A DNA stretch of 63,205 bases, the filler included, from Chiloscyllium plagiosum (lineage: Eukaryota): NCBI RefSeq assembly GCF_004010195.1. It is 3 parts of one record of this genome, joined end to end, with 100 filler letters (N's around TTAATTAATTAA, not from the genome) between each part and the next. Parts side by side here need not be neighbours in the genome. Positions count along the whole stretch, not along the records: positions 1 to 25,915 come from NC_057716.1; 2 more parts are not named here. The stretch is one strand, 5' to 3'. The notes beneath the pieces are model-generated. The model saw only the letters and a program-made list of their open reading frames with translations. It ran no database searches and was not told the origin of the DNA. Below, piece by piece: positions 1 to 12,887 of the stretch (positions are counted from its first letter, which is position 1; each line of letters opens with the position of its first letter). Position numbers and translations under genes: made by a program.

Positions 1-183
1 CCCCAAGTCCCTCCTCCCTACCTTTTATCTTAGCCTGCTGGACACACTTTCCTCATTCCTGAAGAAGGGCTTAGTCCCGAAACGTCGATTCTCCTATTCC
101 TTGGATGCTGCCTGACCTGCTGCGCTTTTCCAGCAACACGTTTTCAGCTCTGATCTCCAGCATCTGCAGTCCTCACTTTCTCC
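1..183 (+). mobile_element. PLE 3' pseudo-LTR (subfamily A) with hammerhead-like motif at 55-91, adjoining a CR1
   Basis: Near-identical to 18427-18573, which follows a PLE ORF. Contains CTGAAGA-A-GGGC.TTAG.TCCC-GAAA-CGTC. Confidence 0.85.
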
Positions 184-1325
184 AATCTGAATGTTTGCCA
201 AAATTTCCAGCCCATCAACTTCATCAATCTTGATCTGGTCAAGACTGTTTCCCGGCTCCACAAGGTTCTCATTCACAACAAGGTCCCTTTCCTTAGTGAA
301 AACCAAAGCATAACACTCATTTAGGGCTTCCCCTATCTGCTCAGACTCCTCGCACAAGTTCCTTACTCTATCCCTGACCGGCCCTACCTTCTCCCTGATC
401 ATTCTCTTATTCCTTACATATGAGTAAAATGCCTTGTGTTCTCCCTAATCCTTCCTGCCAAGCCTTTTTCGTGCCCCCTCCTGATTCTCCTCAGTCCAGT
501 TTTAAGTTCCTGTAATCCTCTAAAGCTGTGCTGGATCCTTGCTTCCTCCACCTTATGTAAGCTACCTTCTTCGTTTTGATGAGAAGCTCCTCTGTTCTTG
601 TCATCGAAAGTTCCTTAATCTTATCTCTTCTTGTTTGTCTCAGAGGAACAAATTTATGCATCACTCACAACAATTGTTCCTTAAATAGTCTCCACATGTC
701 TGCTGTGCCTTTTCTGTGGAACAATTGCTCCCAATCTGTACTTCCCAACTACTATCTGATAGTAACATAATTTCCTTTTCCCCACTTACATATCTCCCCA
801 TGGTAACTGATCCTTTCCCTCTCTAAGGCAATGGTAAATGTGAGGTAGTTTTGGTCACTGTCACCAAAGTGTTCTTCCACCGCGAGATTTGACAACTTAT
901 TGCCGAGCACCAAATCCAAAATGGCCTCTCCCCTCATCGGCCTGTCTACATACTGTGTAAGGAAACCCTCCTGAACACACCTGGCAAAAACAGCTCTATC
1001 CAAACCATCTGCATTAAGGAGGTTCCAGTCAATATTGGGAAAGTTGAAGTGACCCATAATAACAACCCTGCTATATCTGCATTTTTCCAAAATCTGCCAG
1101 CCTATGAGTTCAGTCTCCCTACTGCTAATAGGGGGTCTGTAGAAAGCCCCCAATGAGGTAGCTGCTCCCTTGCTGTTCCTAACTGTCCATACTGACTCAG
1201 TAGAGAAACCTTCCTTGACAACGTTTATTTCTGTAGTTGTGACACACTCTCTGATCAGCAATGCTACACCCCCTCCTTTTTCTCCCCCGCCCCTCTCATT
1301 CTTTTTACATGTTCTAAACCCTGGA
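184..1325 (-). mobile_element. CR1 LINE ORF2 fragment (AP endonuclease region), decayed
   Basis: Motifs GGGVALLI, FYRPP, MGHFNFPNIDW, AILDLVL, FGDSD in ORFs 752..1402 and 94..402. Confidence 0.9.
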
Positions 1326-3575
1326 ATTGGCGAAGGTGCCGTACTGGCTGAGTGACCACTCAAAGTCATTGAGAAGGGAGTTCCTGCAGTGGTCTGACAC
1401 AATTCCTACGCAAAACCCAGATCAAACATTCAACTTCTCACTGCATTCAGTACAGTTCCTCATTACACTTACATGTAAGGTGATGAAATGAATTTTTATG
1501 GCTCATATAGAACCCTTGGAAGTTGCATCAATGATGGTTCCCTTTCAGCCAGCTTTTTGTATCATTATTGCTGCTAATGCCAACATTATTGAGATACCCA
1601 AGTTCAATGACCAAACACCAATAGCATGCAGCAGATTGCCTTTGATCAGCATGTGACCCCTAACTATCTTTACTCCGCACGCATAGCAAATGCGTGATAA
1701 AATTATTGCAAAATAAACGTAGCTGTGTTTTGCAAATTCCTGCTTCATGTAGTTGATGCTACAATGTCCTAGTGTCCAGCAAACATTAATCCCTTGTTTC
1801 TGTCCATCCAAATGATACACTCTGTCCACCCTAGATATTATCCCAACCATTTTCTGGTAGCACTTTGCATTTAGAGAACAAAAGGTCATGCAGCTCAAAG
1901 TAGACAGCGTCAGAATTGAACCCCCTCCTGGTAACCAAATACCCCAATCCCAAAGCTCCTAATTATCTTTTTACTAACAACAGACCAGTTCCACACATGA
2001 GCTGGGTGATTGTTGGCCAGGTTTGACAATTTTTTACCAACAATATACTCCATTCATCAAATATGTAAAATTAATGGTCCACATTTGACATTGCAGAAAG
2101 TGCAATACAGGTCCATTTCGATCAAGATAATCAATATCCTGAGTCAACAACTGGCATTCCTTTGAAGTGAGGTCAGGGGGCTCATTGCTGCTTCTCACGG
2201 ACCCACATCACAGGACCCTCTCTGCCAGTTCAAGCAACATTATGCTTTTTTTTAATGCATTCATGGGATATGGATGCCACTAGCTAGACCAGCATTTATT
2301 GCCGATCCCTAATTGCTCAAAGGGCATTTAAGAGTCAAACGCACTGTACAGGCTAGTGAAGTATTGAGTAAAAAAATCAATAAAATCATGGATAGACCCT
2401 GTGAGATGCCCAGAGCCATAGTTTAAATAAAGGACAATCCCAAACAGCAGCAGCACATTTTAAATATGTTTCTGAATTGCTTGCAATTTAAATACACTAA
2501 TTAGGTCTTCTATCTCATTACAGTGGGACACTCAAATACCCTGAAATCCACTGCTATAGGAAATTCCTTTGCAAGTTAAGCATGCATGCCCTTTAATTAA
2601 AACTTTAACTCTGCCCCTCTCATGCTCATCATTAAAGAGTTAATATTGAAGGCCATGTTCTTATTTAATGTATGGGTATGACGTAACCTGAACCAGCTGA
2701 AAAGCTGGCAATCTATTTTGGTGTAAGGTCAAAGTGTACATTAAGCATAATGAGAGTTAATGTTACTCATCACAGATATCCAATGGCCTGGGATTTTGTA
2801 TGGAAATCTCCATTGCCGAAATAAAATACGAAAGGCCGCAGAAGCAGCTGGCTGAAAGGAAATGTCCACACTTCGGTCTCGGTCATACAAAAGTTTAATT
2901 TTTTGGTTAAAATAGTTAAGTTGGTTGTCAGGGACCATCTGCATGTTTATCCAGCAGCGCACAGAGGTAATATGGAGAGAAATTAAAGAGGAAGTGTGTT
3001 CATCTGTGGGAAGGAGAACGGTGACGGATCAACTTTGTCACAGTGACATCAATGCAGTGAGATTTTCTGATATAATAACATGGTTTGATGCAAATTGAGC
3101 CATCACATCGCAGCTCTTGGCAAACAGCCAAAATAAAAGTTTGCCAAATGTTCAATGAAGGCAGTTTCCTCTCAGTGTGAAACGGTCAGAAGTGCAGAGC
3201 CATTCTGTTTAGTGAAGTGAGGGGGAAGCAGATGGAGCACAAAAAGGAAGCGGGTATCATTTGCTCTTGAGGTAGGAAAGTATTCTTATGCCAGCTGCAA
3301 CAGCAGAAAAAAATCAGTTATCATTCATAGAGTCATACAGCATAGAAATAGGCCCTTCTGCCCACCTGCCAATGCCAACCAACAAACACCAAGCTATACG
3401 AATTCATTAACCTGCACTTAGTCCATAGCTTACTACGCCCTGGCATTTTAAGTGCTCAGCCAGATACGTCTTGAGAATACCTGCCTCCATCACCCTCCAA
3501 TTCCCTTGGAATAAAGTTACTTTCATACTTCACACCAACATTCCAATTAATCAGTGCAAATGCCAGCCAATTATG

Positions 3576-3858
3576 ATAGAATCCCTACAAATTGGAAACA
3601 GGCCATTTGGCCCAACAAGTCCACATCAATCCTCTACAAGTAACCCACCCAGACTCATTCCCTTACCCTATTACTCTACATTTATCACTGATTAATGCAC
3701 CTAACTTACACTATGGACAATTTAGCATTGCCAATTCACCTAACTTGTACACCTTTGGATCGTGGGAGGAAACTGGAGCACCCAGAGGAAACCCATGCAG
3801 ACACGGGGAGAATGTGCAAACTCCACACAGGCAATTGCCCGAGGCTGCAATCAAACCC
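3576..3858 (-). mobile_element. HE1-type (V-SINE) shark SINE, 5'-truncated
   Basis: Reverse complement matches the HE1 copies at 40827-41135 and 51515-51839 (tgtgtggagtttgcacattctccccgtgtctgc core). Confidence 0.85.
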
Positions 3859-4419
3859 TGCCATGTCATCCATGGTGTGCAACAGAGATGTTTATGGTTA
3901 TCGTTATGTTTATGGAGATCATTTTGACCAGGCTTGAAACAAAGAAGCTCAATTCCTCAAACTGGAATGGCCGAGCAGGTGACATTCTTGAAAAAAATCA
4001 TTTTTGTTGTATGTTATTGTCAGGCAAGTGATCTTAAATTACAGTGGTGAAAACCATAAAGATCTCCGAATGAGCATTTTAGCTTTAAACAGGAATGAAG
4101 GCAGCAAACATCAGGAAATTGAAGTTGGATATTGGTACTGAACAATGAAGCAAATGTATTCTGTTCAAAAAGTGTAGGACATCAGTTAGACAAGATTTGA
4201 AGAATTGCAAAGTTCTGAATTTTAGATGAGATGAGAGGCGGGCACTGCACACAAAAGCAATTCAGAAGAATAATATTCAGAACCAAAGCTTTAAGGAGTG
4301 TTAAGAGATTTTCACAGCTATGTAATTCATGACAGGACAAATAATGAAAGTTGTTTCTTCTGCTGGTGAATAAATCTAACAATGTCACAGAGTCTCAAAA
4401 TTATCTCAAAATTAAAACT

Positions 4420-5865
4420 ATGGTGACTAGTGGAGTACCACAGGGGTCAGTATTCGGACCACAAATATTCCTGTTATACATCAACAATCTAGACAAAGGA
4501 ACTGACGGCAGTGTTACTCAGCTTGCAGATAATACAAAGATAGGCAGAGGGACAGGTAGTGCTGATGAGGTGGGAAACTAGAGAAGGACTTGGACAGGCT
4601 AGGAGAGTGGGCAAAGAAGTGGCAGATGGATACAATGTGGGAAAGTGTGAAGTTATGAACTTTAGTGGGAAGGTGAGAGGCATGGATATTTTCTACAGTA
4701 GGAAAATTTTTGGAAATCCAATGCAAAAAAGGATTTGGCAGTTCTAGGTCAGGATTCTCTTTAAGTTAACATGCAAGTTCAGTTGACATTTGGGAAGACA
4801 AGTGCAATGTTTGCATTCATTTCGAGAGTGCTGAAATACAAGAGCAGAGATGTATTGTTGAGGCTGTTTAAGGCTCTGGTCTGACTGCATTTGGAATATT
4901 GTTAGCAGTTTTGAGCCTTGTATCTAAGGAAAGATCTGTTGGTCTCCGAGGGGGTTCTGAGAAGGCTTCTAAGAATGATTCCACGGATGAAGGGCTTGTC
5001 AAACTAAGAGTGGTTGAAGACTCTAGGTCTGTACTTGGTGGAGTTTAGAAGGGTGAGAGAGGATCTGATTGAAAGTTACAGAATATTGAGAGACCTGAAT
5101 ACAGTGGACATGGAAAAGATGTTTCCACTAATAGGAAAGGCTAGAACCCAAGGACATAGCCTCAGAGTGAAGGACCAATCCTTTAGAACTGAGATGAGGT
5201 GGAATTTCTTTTGTCAGAGGGTGGTTAATCTGTGAAACTCATTGCTGCAGTAGGCTGTGGAAGCCAACTCATCAGTGTATTTAAGACAAATATTGATAGG
5301 TTGTTGATTGGTAAAGGGATTAAGGATTAGGAGCAGAAAGCAAGAGAATGGGGTTGCGAAGCATATCAGCCATGAATGAATGGCAGAGCAGATTTGATGG
5401 GTTGATGGCCTAATTCTGCTCTTATATTTTATGGTCTTAAGACAGGCTTGTCAAATGAGGAGAGAATTGAGATCTCTGGGTCTATACTTGATGAAGTTTA
5501 AAAGGATGAGGGATAGCTCACTGAATTATTCAAAATACTGATAGGCTTGTATGGAGTGGACATGGAGAAGATGTTTCCACCAATAGGTGAGACTAGAACA
5601 CAAGGGCACAGCCTCTGTGTGAAAGGATGACCCTTTAGAACTGAGATGAGAAGGAATTTCTTGAGCCAGAGGGTGATTAAGCTGTGGAACTCAATTTCAC
5701 AGAAGGCTCTGCAGGTCAAATCTTTGTGTATATTTAAGACAGAGAAGTAAGGGTATTGATTAGAAAGGGGTTCAAAGGTTCGGGGGACAAAGCTAGAAGA
5801 ATGGGGTAAAGAAACATATCATCTCTGAGAGAATGGCCTAATTCTGCTCCTACATCTTAGAGTCT
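4420..5865 (+). mobile_element. Two tandem 3' fragments of a CR1/L2-clade LINE (about 4420-5440 and 5441-5865)
   Basis: [20 protein letters not shown] and 'DLIESYRIL...FFCQRVVNL' motifs. The RT C-terminus plus 3' UTR occurs twice. Confidence 0.85.
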
Positions 5866-6595
5866 TCACAACAAAGGAACACATTTCAAATAGTTTTCAA
5901 ATGAACAGCTATTAAAACATGTCATACTTTACCAAAAATGGCTATTGAGGCAGGTACTAAACAGTGAGATTTTCACTCATTCAACACACCTGCAGTAGCA
6001 CAGAGTTCAGATTGAATGCTCTCAGCAATCCAACGTGAAATTGAATGTGTACTTGAAGGAATATAAAAAGAGTATCAGGAAAGGGAAGGGAGATTGGCTT
6101 AGAATAGATAGCTCTGAGATTCTAAAATAAAGTTAGGAAGAACTAACAGTTGTATTGCAATTTTTAAATGGTCAGGTTGTTGAAAAGCACTTCACAGCCA
6201 ATTGAATCCATCTGAAATGTAATCATCGTTACAATGTAGGGCAACATATCTGTCAGTTTGTGCGCTGTAAAGTCTTGCATAATGAACACAAAGAATTCGA
6301 GCAGAAACAACTTATTCCATCTTTTAAGTTCTGGCTGACCTTCCTGAGGCGTCCAGACTTGTTTTGTGCCAGCCCATCATAGCCCTCAACCCTTAGCTAT
6401 TTCAAAAATCCATCAACCTCCTCTTTAAATGATCTAGCCTCCACAACTCTCTGGACCAGAGATTCCAGACATGCATTACCCCTCTGGGAGAAGAAATTTA
6501 TTTGCATTTCAGTTTTAAATTATTGTCGCCTTATTCCACAACTTTGTCCCCTAATTTGAGACTCCCCCACAAGTGGAAACATCTTCTCACCATCT

Positions 6596-6772
6596 AAAAC
6601 CTGAAAAATCTGCGGATGCCGGAACAGAAAATTGAAAGAAAAGCTCAGTGGGTCTGGCAACATCTGTGGACTTAAATCCAAGTTAACATTTTGGGTCCAG
6701 TGACCCTTCCTCAGAACTCTGCACAGGTGCTGTCAGACCTGCTGAGCTTTTCCAGCAATTCCTGCTTTTGTT
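6596..6772. mobile_element. Old PLE fold-back mini-element (subfamily C) inserted in a LINE fragment
   Basis: Inverted arms (aaaagctcag..ggtctggca / tgtcagacctgctgagctttt). Minus-strand motif agtt-CTGAGGA-A-GGGT.CACTGG.ACCC-AAAA-TGTT-aact at 6681-6718. Degenerate TSD tctcaccatcta / tttcaacatcta. Confidence 0.7.
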
Positions 6773-7012
6773 TTTCAACATCTACCCTGTCAAGCCTCTC
6801 TCAAAATCTTGTAAATTTCAATAAGATCGTTCCTTCATTCTTCTAAACAGCAATTTTTTTAAAATATCAAAGGCTTGAGGGCTATGAGGAACTGGCACAA
6901 AACAAGAGTGGATGGCCTGGGGAAGATCAGTCAGAACTTTATAGAATAACAGGGCAGCTTAATAGATGGAATGATCTGCTTCTGTTCCAATTCCTTGTGT
7001 TCATTATGCAAG

Positions 7013-7306
7013 AAAGGTCACTCTTTCAATGTGAGAGGTGGAAAGTTTAAAGGGGATACACACAGCAAATACTTCACAGAGAAGGTGGTGGGCATTTGGA
7101 ACACGCTGCCAGCAGAGGTGGGAGAGACTGGCATGGTAGATTCATTTAAGATGCATCTGGATAAATGCATGAGTAGGTGGGGAGTAGAGGGATACAGATG
7201 CTCAGGAATTGACCGACAGGTTTAGATAGTACATTTGGATCGGCTCAGGCTTGGAGGGCTGAAGGGCCTGTTCCTGGACTGTAAATTTTCTTTGTTCTTT
7301 GTTCTA
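7013..7306 (+). mobile_element. CR1 3' fragment with (TTCTTTG)n tail
   Basis: GHSFNVRGGKFKGD...YFTEKVVGIWNTLP. Same family as the 3' end at 50766. Confidence 0.88.
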
Positions 7307-9179
7307 AGACTTTGCAGTGCACAAACTGACAGGTATGTTACCCTATATTGTAACAATGATTACAATTCAGATGGACTCCACTGGCTTTCAACAATCTGAT
7401 TATTTAAAAAGTGCAATAAAAATATTAGTTCTTCTTAACATGCTTTTAGAATCATTGAATGTATAGAACAAGGTCATTCAACCCATTTAGTTGATATGCT
7501 CTTGACAAGTTGACCCCATCATCCCAGGGACCAGCACAGTGAATCTTTTTTGAACTGCCTCGAATATCAGTCTCTCCTTTCCGAATTAAGGGACCAAAAC
7601 TATACACAGTACTTCATTTGTGTACAATTGCACACAATGGTGTTGCATGACAGTTGATGTTGGGTAGGATAACAGAAGAACTCCTCTTCAAACAGTATAA
7701 ATTGATTACAGAGAAAAACAAGCTTTGATTTAAAATCTCATCAAAATAATCATTCCTCTGACAGACTGGCATAGCCTCAGTACTACCGTGGAGTGCCAAT
7801 CCACGTTATCTGTCTAAATGTTTGAATTAGTGCCTGAAGCCAAGTTCTGTTAGCTCAGAAGGAAGTGGACCACCACATAACAGATGGGATTGAAAAACAT
7901 GAGGGTTGACTGGCAAGATGAAGATTGGCAAATATGGGGTCAAGCTGGGGAACAGGGTATTGAATAAAATGTTATATGATGGGGAGATGGGTATGTAGTT
8001 GTTCTAAGTTGTCAACCAAATTGAGACTAATTATATTCCAACTGTTAAATGTAAAATAATACACAGCACGGCCCAAAATTTCAACATGTGTTCATGTAGT
8101 TGAGGCAGTTTGTCAGCCACATAACGTCAGAAAGGACAATAATGGAAGATAAGCTAGCACTACCTTTACTACCCAATAGCACTACCTTTACTTCTCAATA
8201 AATGTAGGAAGCAGCCAGAACAGAAGGATTTAAATTCGACAAAAGAATGGTTCATTAATATTAAAGGAACTGAAGTATGCAAAAGGACTCAACACAAACA
8301 AGGTGGAGAAGACATCAATTTGGAATAGATCATATGGATACAAAAGAAATCTTCAAACAGCAGAAGATCCGTATCGGAGACAACATAGGCTAAGTCCGAA
8401 AGATTGCCAGAACCTCGAGCCATCTCCTGGAGACTTGTTTTTGAGGATTGATAGTTTGTTGACAGCTGATGATATTGCAGTACTGAATTTCTACTTAGCA
8501 TTTTTCTGATCATTATCAGTGAATGTATTTGGACCAACCCCATTTGCAAATCTCCATGTCATCACAATTTCACAGATATTCATTTGTTGCATGCAGCCAG
8601 CTGCATCCAATTTCCCGACAACTAGCACCGGAAAGATTAAATTGGATCTTTCTCAAGGTAAAAACTGTGATCAGTTATGGTCTTTTTCACACATCTGCGG
8701 ACCATTCAATAGTGTAGCTTAATAAAAAGAGGATATTTTTACAGAAATATTCAAATTTGAAGAACATCCACTTTGGTTTCATGTGCTTGTGAAGGTAGAT
8801 ATCCATGGTTACATGATGCCTCCATTGGATTTGTCTTAACCAGCTACTAGCAGGCTTCTTGTAGATAAGTAATACTTAGATTTCGCTCATGACTATGTAC
8901 AGTTAGAATTGTCAATGTACAAACATCCATACGAATGTACAAACTAGAACCCTTGAATCTGCTCTGCCATTCAATAAAAGCATGGTTGCTCTGATTAGTC
9001 CATATTCCTGCATACCTTCAAATGAAGAAAAACATCCCTACTTTTTTATTCAATGTCCTTCGCAATAATTTCCTAGTTGCTTTCTGTGCTTACCTTCTAA
9101 CATTTGTGATTTGTGCATTAGAGCACTCAGATCTCACTGCATCTCAGAGCTCTGTAATCTCTTACCATTTCAATAATAT

Positions 9180-10245
9180 TTGCTGTTTGTCATTTTTATA
9201 AATGACCTGGATGACACCCAAGGCAACATTCATGTCAGTTTAGTTGTGGATAGTACCAAAGGATGTCATAGGTCTTAAAGGGACATTGGTAAGCTGCAGA
9301 GCTGGGCAGGGAGGTGGCAAATGAAATTTAATGCAGGAAAGTGTGAGGTGATCCACTTTGGAAGGAGTAACAGGAATGCAGAGTACCGGGCTAATAATAA
9401 GATTCTTAGTAGTGTGGATGAGCAGAGAGATCTCAGTGTCCATGTACACAGATCCCTCAAATATGCCACCCAGGTTGATAGAGCTGTTAAGAAGGCATAT
9501 GGTGTATTAGCTTTTATTGGTAGAGGAATCGAGTTTCGGAGCCACGAGGTCATGCTGAAGCTGTACAAAACTCTGCTACGACTGCATTTGGAGTATTGTG
9601 TGAAGTTCTGGTCACCGCATTATAGGAAAGATGTGGAAGCTTTGGAAAGGGTTCAGAGGAGATTTACTAAGGTGTTGCCTGGTAGGAGGGAAGGTCTTAT
9701 GAGGAAAGGTTGAGGTACTTCAGGCTGTTTTTGTTAGAGAGAAGAAGGTTGAGAGGTGACTGGCATATAAAATAATCAGAGGATTAGATTGGGTAGACAG
9801 TGAGAGCCTTTTTCTGAGGATGGTGTTGGCTAGCACGAGGGGTACAGCTTCAAACTGAGGGGTGATAGATCTAGGACAGATGTCAGACGTATTTTCTTTA
9901 CTTAGGGAGTAGTAGGGGCGTGGAATGCACTGCTTGCAACAGTTGTAGACTCCTGATGAAGGGCTTTTGCCCGAAACGTCGATTCACCTGCTCCTCTGAT
10001 GCTGCCTGACCTACTGTGCTTTTCCATCACTACAGCCTCAACTCTGATCTCCAGCATCTGCAGTCCTCACCTCCTCCACAGTTGTAGACTCACCAACTTT
10101 ATGGGGATTTAAATGGTCATTGGATGGGCATATGGGCTAGAATGGAATACTGTAGGTTAGATGGGCTTCAGATCGGTTTCACAGGGTGGCGCAACATCAA
10201 GGGCCAAAGGGCCTGTACTGCGCTGTGATGTTCTATGTTCTATTT
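9180..10245 (+). mobile_element. CR1 RT C-terminal fragment plus 3' UTR
   Basis: MKFNAGKCEVIHFG...LEYCVKFWSPHYRKDVEALERVQRRFTK. (TTCTATG)n tail at about 10230-10243. Confidence 0.92.
9953..10077 (+). mobile_element. 125-bp solo PLE pseudo-LTR insertion starting at a hammerhead-like core
   Basis: Perfect 14-bp TSD acagttgtagactc (9939-9952 and 10078-10091). Starts CTGATGA-A-GGGC.TTTT.GCCC-GAAA-CGTC. Confidence 0.9.
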
Positions 10246-11373
10246 TTATTCTTCTTTCCAAAAGAGATAATTTCCCATATTTCCACTTTAAACTCAATTT
10301 GCCACATCTTTGTCTATTCACTTAACCCACTTTTATCCTGTTGAAGCCTCCTTATGTCTTCTTCACAACTTACTTTCCTACCCATCTTTGTGTTGTGAGC
10401 AAACAGAGCAATTATACCTTTGGTCCCATCATCCATTTATTGAAACCCTTGTATTGTTCCATGTAGCACACCACTCACTAAATCTTGCCCATCGGACAAT
10501 TACTCCTTTATGCCTACTATTTCCTGTTAACCAGTCAATTCTTATCCATGTTAATACCTTACCCACCTAGAACATAAGATATTATTTTCTGCAATTATCA
10601 TTGATGTACTAACTTATCAAATGCCCTTTGGAAATCTAACTACACTATATCCACCAGTTTCTCCTTTCTCTATTACATATGTTACTTCTTCAAGGAACTC
10701 CAATAAATTGGTTTCACAACATCATATTTATTCTCCATGATCATCCTGACTTTTTTTCTAATTGCCCTGCTATAAATGATTTAATAGTGGCTTCCAACAT
10801 CTTCTCTTCTTTGACAGAAGTTGTGCTAATCAGCTTGTAGTTTCCTGCTCTCTGCCTCCTTCCCTTTATGAATAACAGGGTTACATTCAGTATTTTCCAA
10901 TATAAAGAAACATTCTCTCATTGTAGAAAACTTTGGAAAATTAAACCAATGCATGAAATATGTTACTAGTCACTACTTTAAGATGGGTTTATGAATAGGA
11001 AGGGTTTGGAGGGAGATGGGCCAAGTGCTGGCAAATGGGACTAGATTAGGTTGGGATATCTGGTCAGCATGGACAAATTGGATCGAAGGGTCCGTTTCTA
11101 TGCTGTACATCTCTATGACTCTTTGACTCTTTAAGATCATAAGATGAAGTTTATCAGAACCCAAGTGTCCTCTACTCTTAATTCCAACAATTTGCTCAGC
11201 ATCACTGCCCTAGTGATTATCTTTTCTGAGTTTCTCCTCCTCCATTTCTTTATTTTTACCTATTTCTGGGATGGGACTTATATTTTCTGCAGTGCAAACC
11301 AATGCAAACTGCCTGTTCAATTCATCAGCCATCACTTTAGTTTGTTTTATTAGTCTCCAGACTCGCTTTCTAT

Positions 11374-11477
11374 AAGAATCAAGTTTAGAGTGGTGCTGGA
11401 AAAGCACAACAGGTCAGGCAGCATCTGAGGAGCAGGAAAATTGATGTTTCAGGCAGGAGCCCTTCCTCAGGAATGAG
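11374..11477 (-). mobile_element. Solo PLE pseudo-LTR fragment (subfamily A)
   Basis: Reverse complement of the same pLTR. Ends about 7 nt beyond the CTGAGGA core. Confidence 0.8.
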
Positions 11478-12777
11478 ACCAACACTCTTACTGTTGACTC
11501 TTTTATTTCTTTTAATATATATAGAAACTCTTACTAAGTGTTTTTATATTTCTAACTGACATATTTTGTACTTTAATATTTCCTTCCTTATTAATCTTTC
11601 AGTCATGTGTTTATTTCTTTAAACTGTGCCCAATCTTCTGTCCTACCCACTCAGCTTTGCACAATTATCATAGACTATCATATCATAGAATCCCTACAGT
11701 GTGGAAACAGGCCCTTGGGCCCAACAAGTCCACACTGACCCTCCAAAGAATAACTTTGACTTTTAATTAAATTAGCAATTTTACTCTTTAATATTTTTGG
11801 TTAACCACCAAGAGTTATTCTCCCCTTGGGGTTTTGTTTCTCATTTGAATGCAATTGTAGCAGCTACAAAGGTTCAAGAAAGTAACTCACCACTACCTTC
11901 TCCAGAATAATTAAATATGGGCAATAAATGCTGGCCCAGTCAATGACTCCCACATCACATGAACGAATAAAAATAATCTGCAATAAAGCCTTAAATATCT
12001 GGCTATGCATCTGTACTGATTAATTCTTTAATCTAATTTGCCAGTTGATTTTAGCTGCTCTGCCTTCATACCTTCATTATTGCTCTTAATTAAGTTTGAA
12101 ATACTAATCTGCTTTCTGTCAACTTGAATGTTAGTCATATTATGTTTATTGCTACCAAGAGGCACCTTTGCTGTGAGATCATTAATTACTCATACCTCTT
12201 TGCACAATTCCAGGTGTAATACAGCAGCTCTGGGAGACCGGTTGTGATGTAGTGGTACTGCCCTTCCTCTGGACCAGAAGGCCCAAGCTGATTCTTACCC
12301 TAGGGGTTTGCAATAACATCTCTGAACAAGTTGATTTAAGAATATCTACAGTATCTCTGATTGGCTGCAAAACATGCTATCGTATGAAACTATCCAGAAA
12401 ACATTCTATGAACTCTTCTTCTCGATTACCTTTGGTCATCTGACTTTTTCCAGTTTGAATGTAGGCTAAAATTTCTCTTGCTTGTCACTGTACCTTTCTG
12501 CCCAGATGCCATTATCACTTCCATTATACTCCATCCTGCTGCAAGGTTACTATGTGGGTGCATGTAAACCACTCTCATAGGTGATCTCTTGCCTTTAGAA
12601 TTTCACTGCACAAATTGCTTCTACATCTTCATTTCCTGAATGTATCTCATCACTCTCTATTATGTGAATACTATCATCAACTAATATAGCCAGCCTTCTA
12701 TCTTTTCCGAGCTTCCTGTCCTTCCTAAATATCATTTCTCATTCAATATTCAGGTCTCAATCTATGTCATCCTGAAG

Positions 12778-12887
12778 CCATGTCTCTGTAAAAACTATCA
12801 AATTATGCCTATTTATTTCTATTTGCACTATCCCATGTCTCTGTAAAAACTATCAAATTATGCCTATTTATTTCTATTTGCACTATC
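12778..12887. repeat. Perfect 55-bp tandem duplication
   Basis: ccatgtctctgtaaaaactatcaaattatgcctatttatttctatttgcactatc at 12778-12832 and 12833-12887. Confidence 0.95.

Larger units (their letters stand above)
6118..7453. repeat. Old inverted duplication (arms about 6118-6394 and 6870-7453) of a LINE-tail plus DeuSINE-tail composite
   Basis: The reverse complement of 6118-6394 aligns along 6870-7453 once the younger CR1 tail at about 7013-7306 is removed. Confidence 0.8.
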
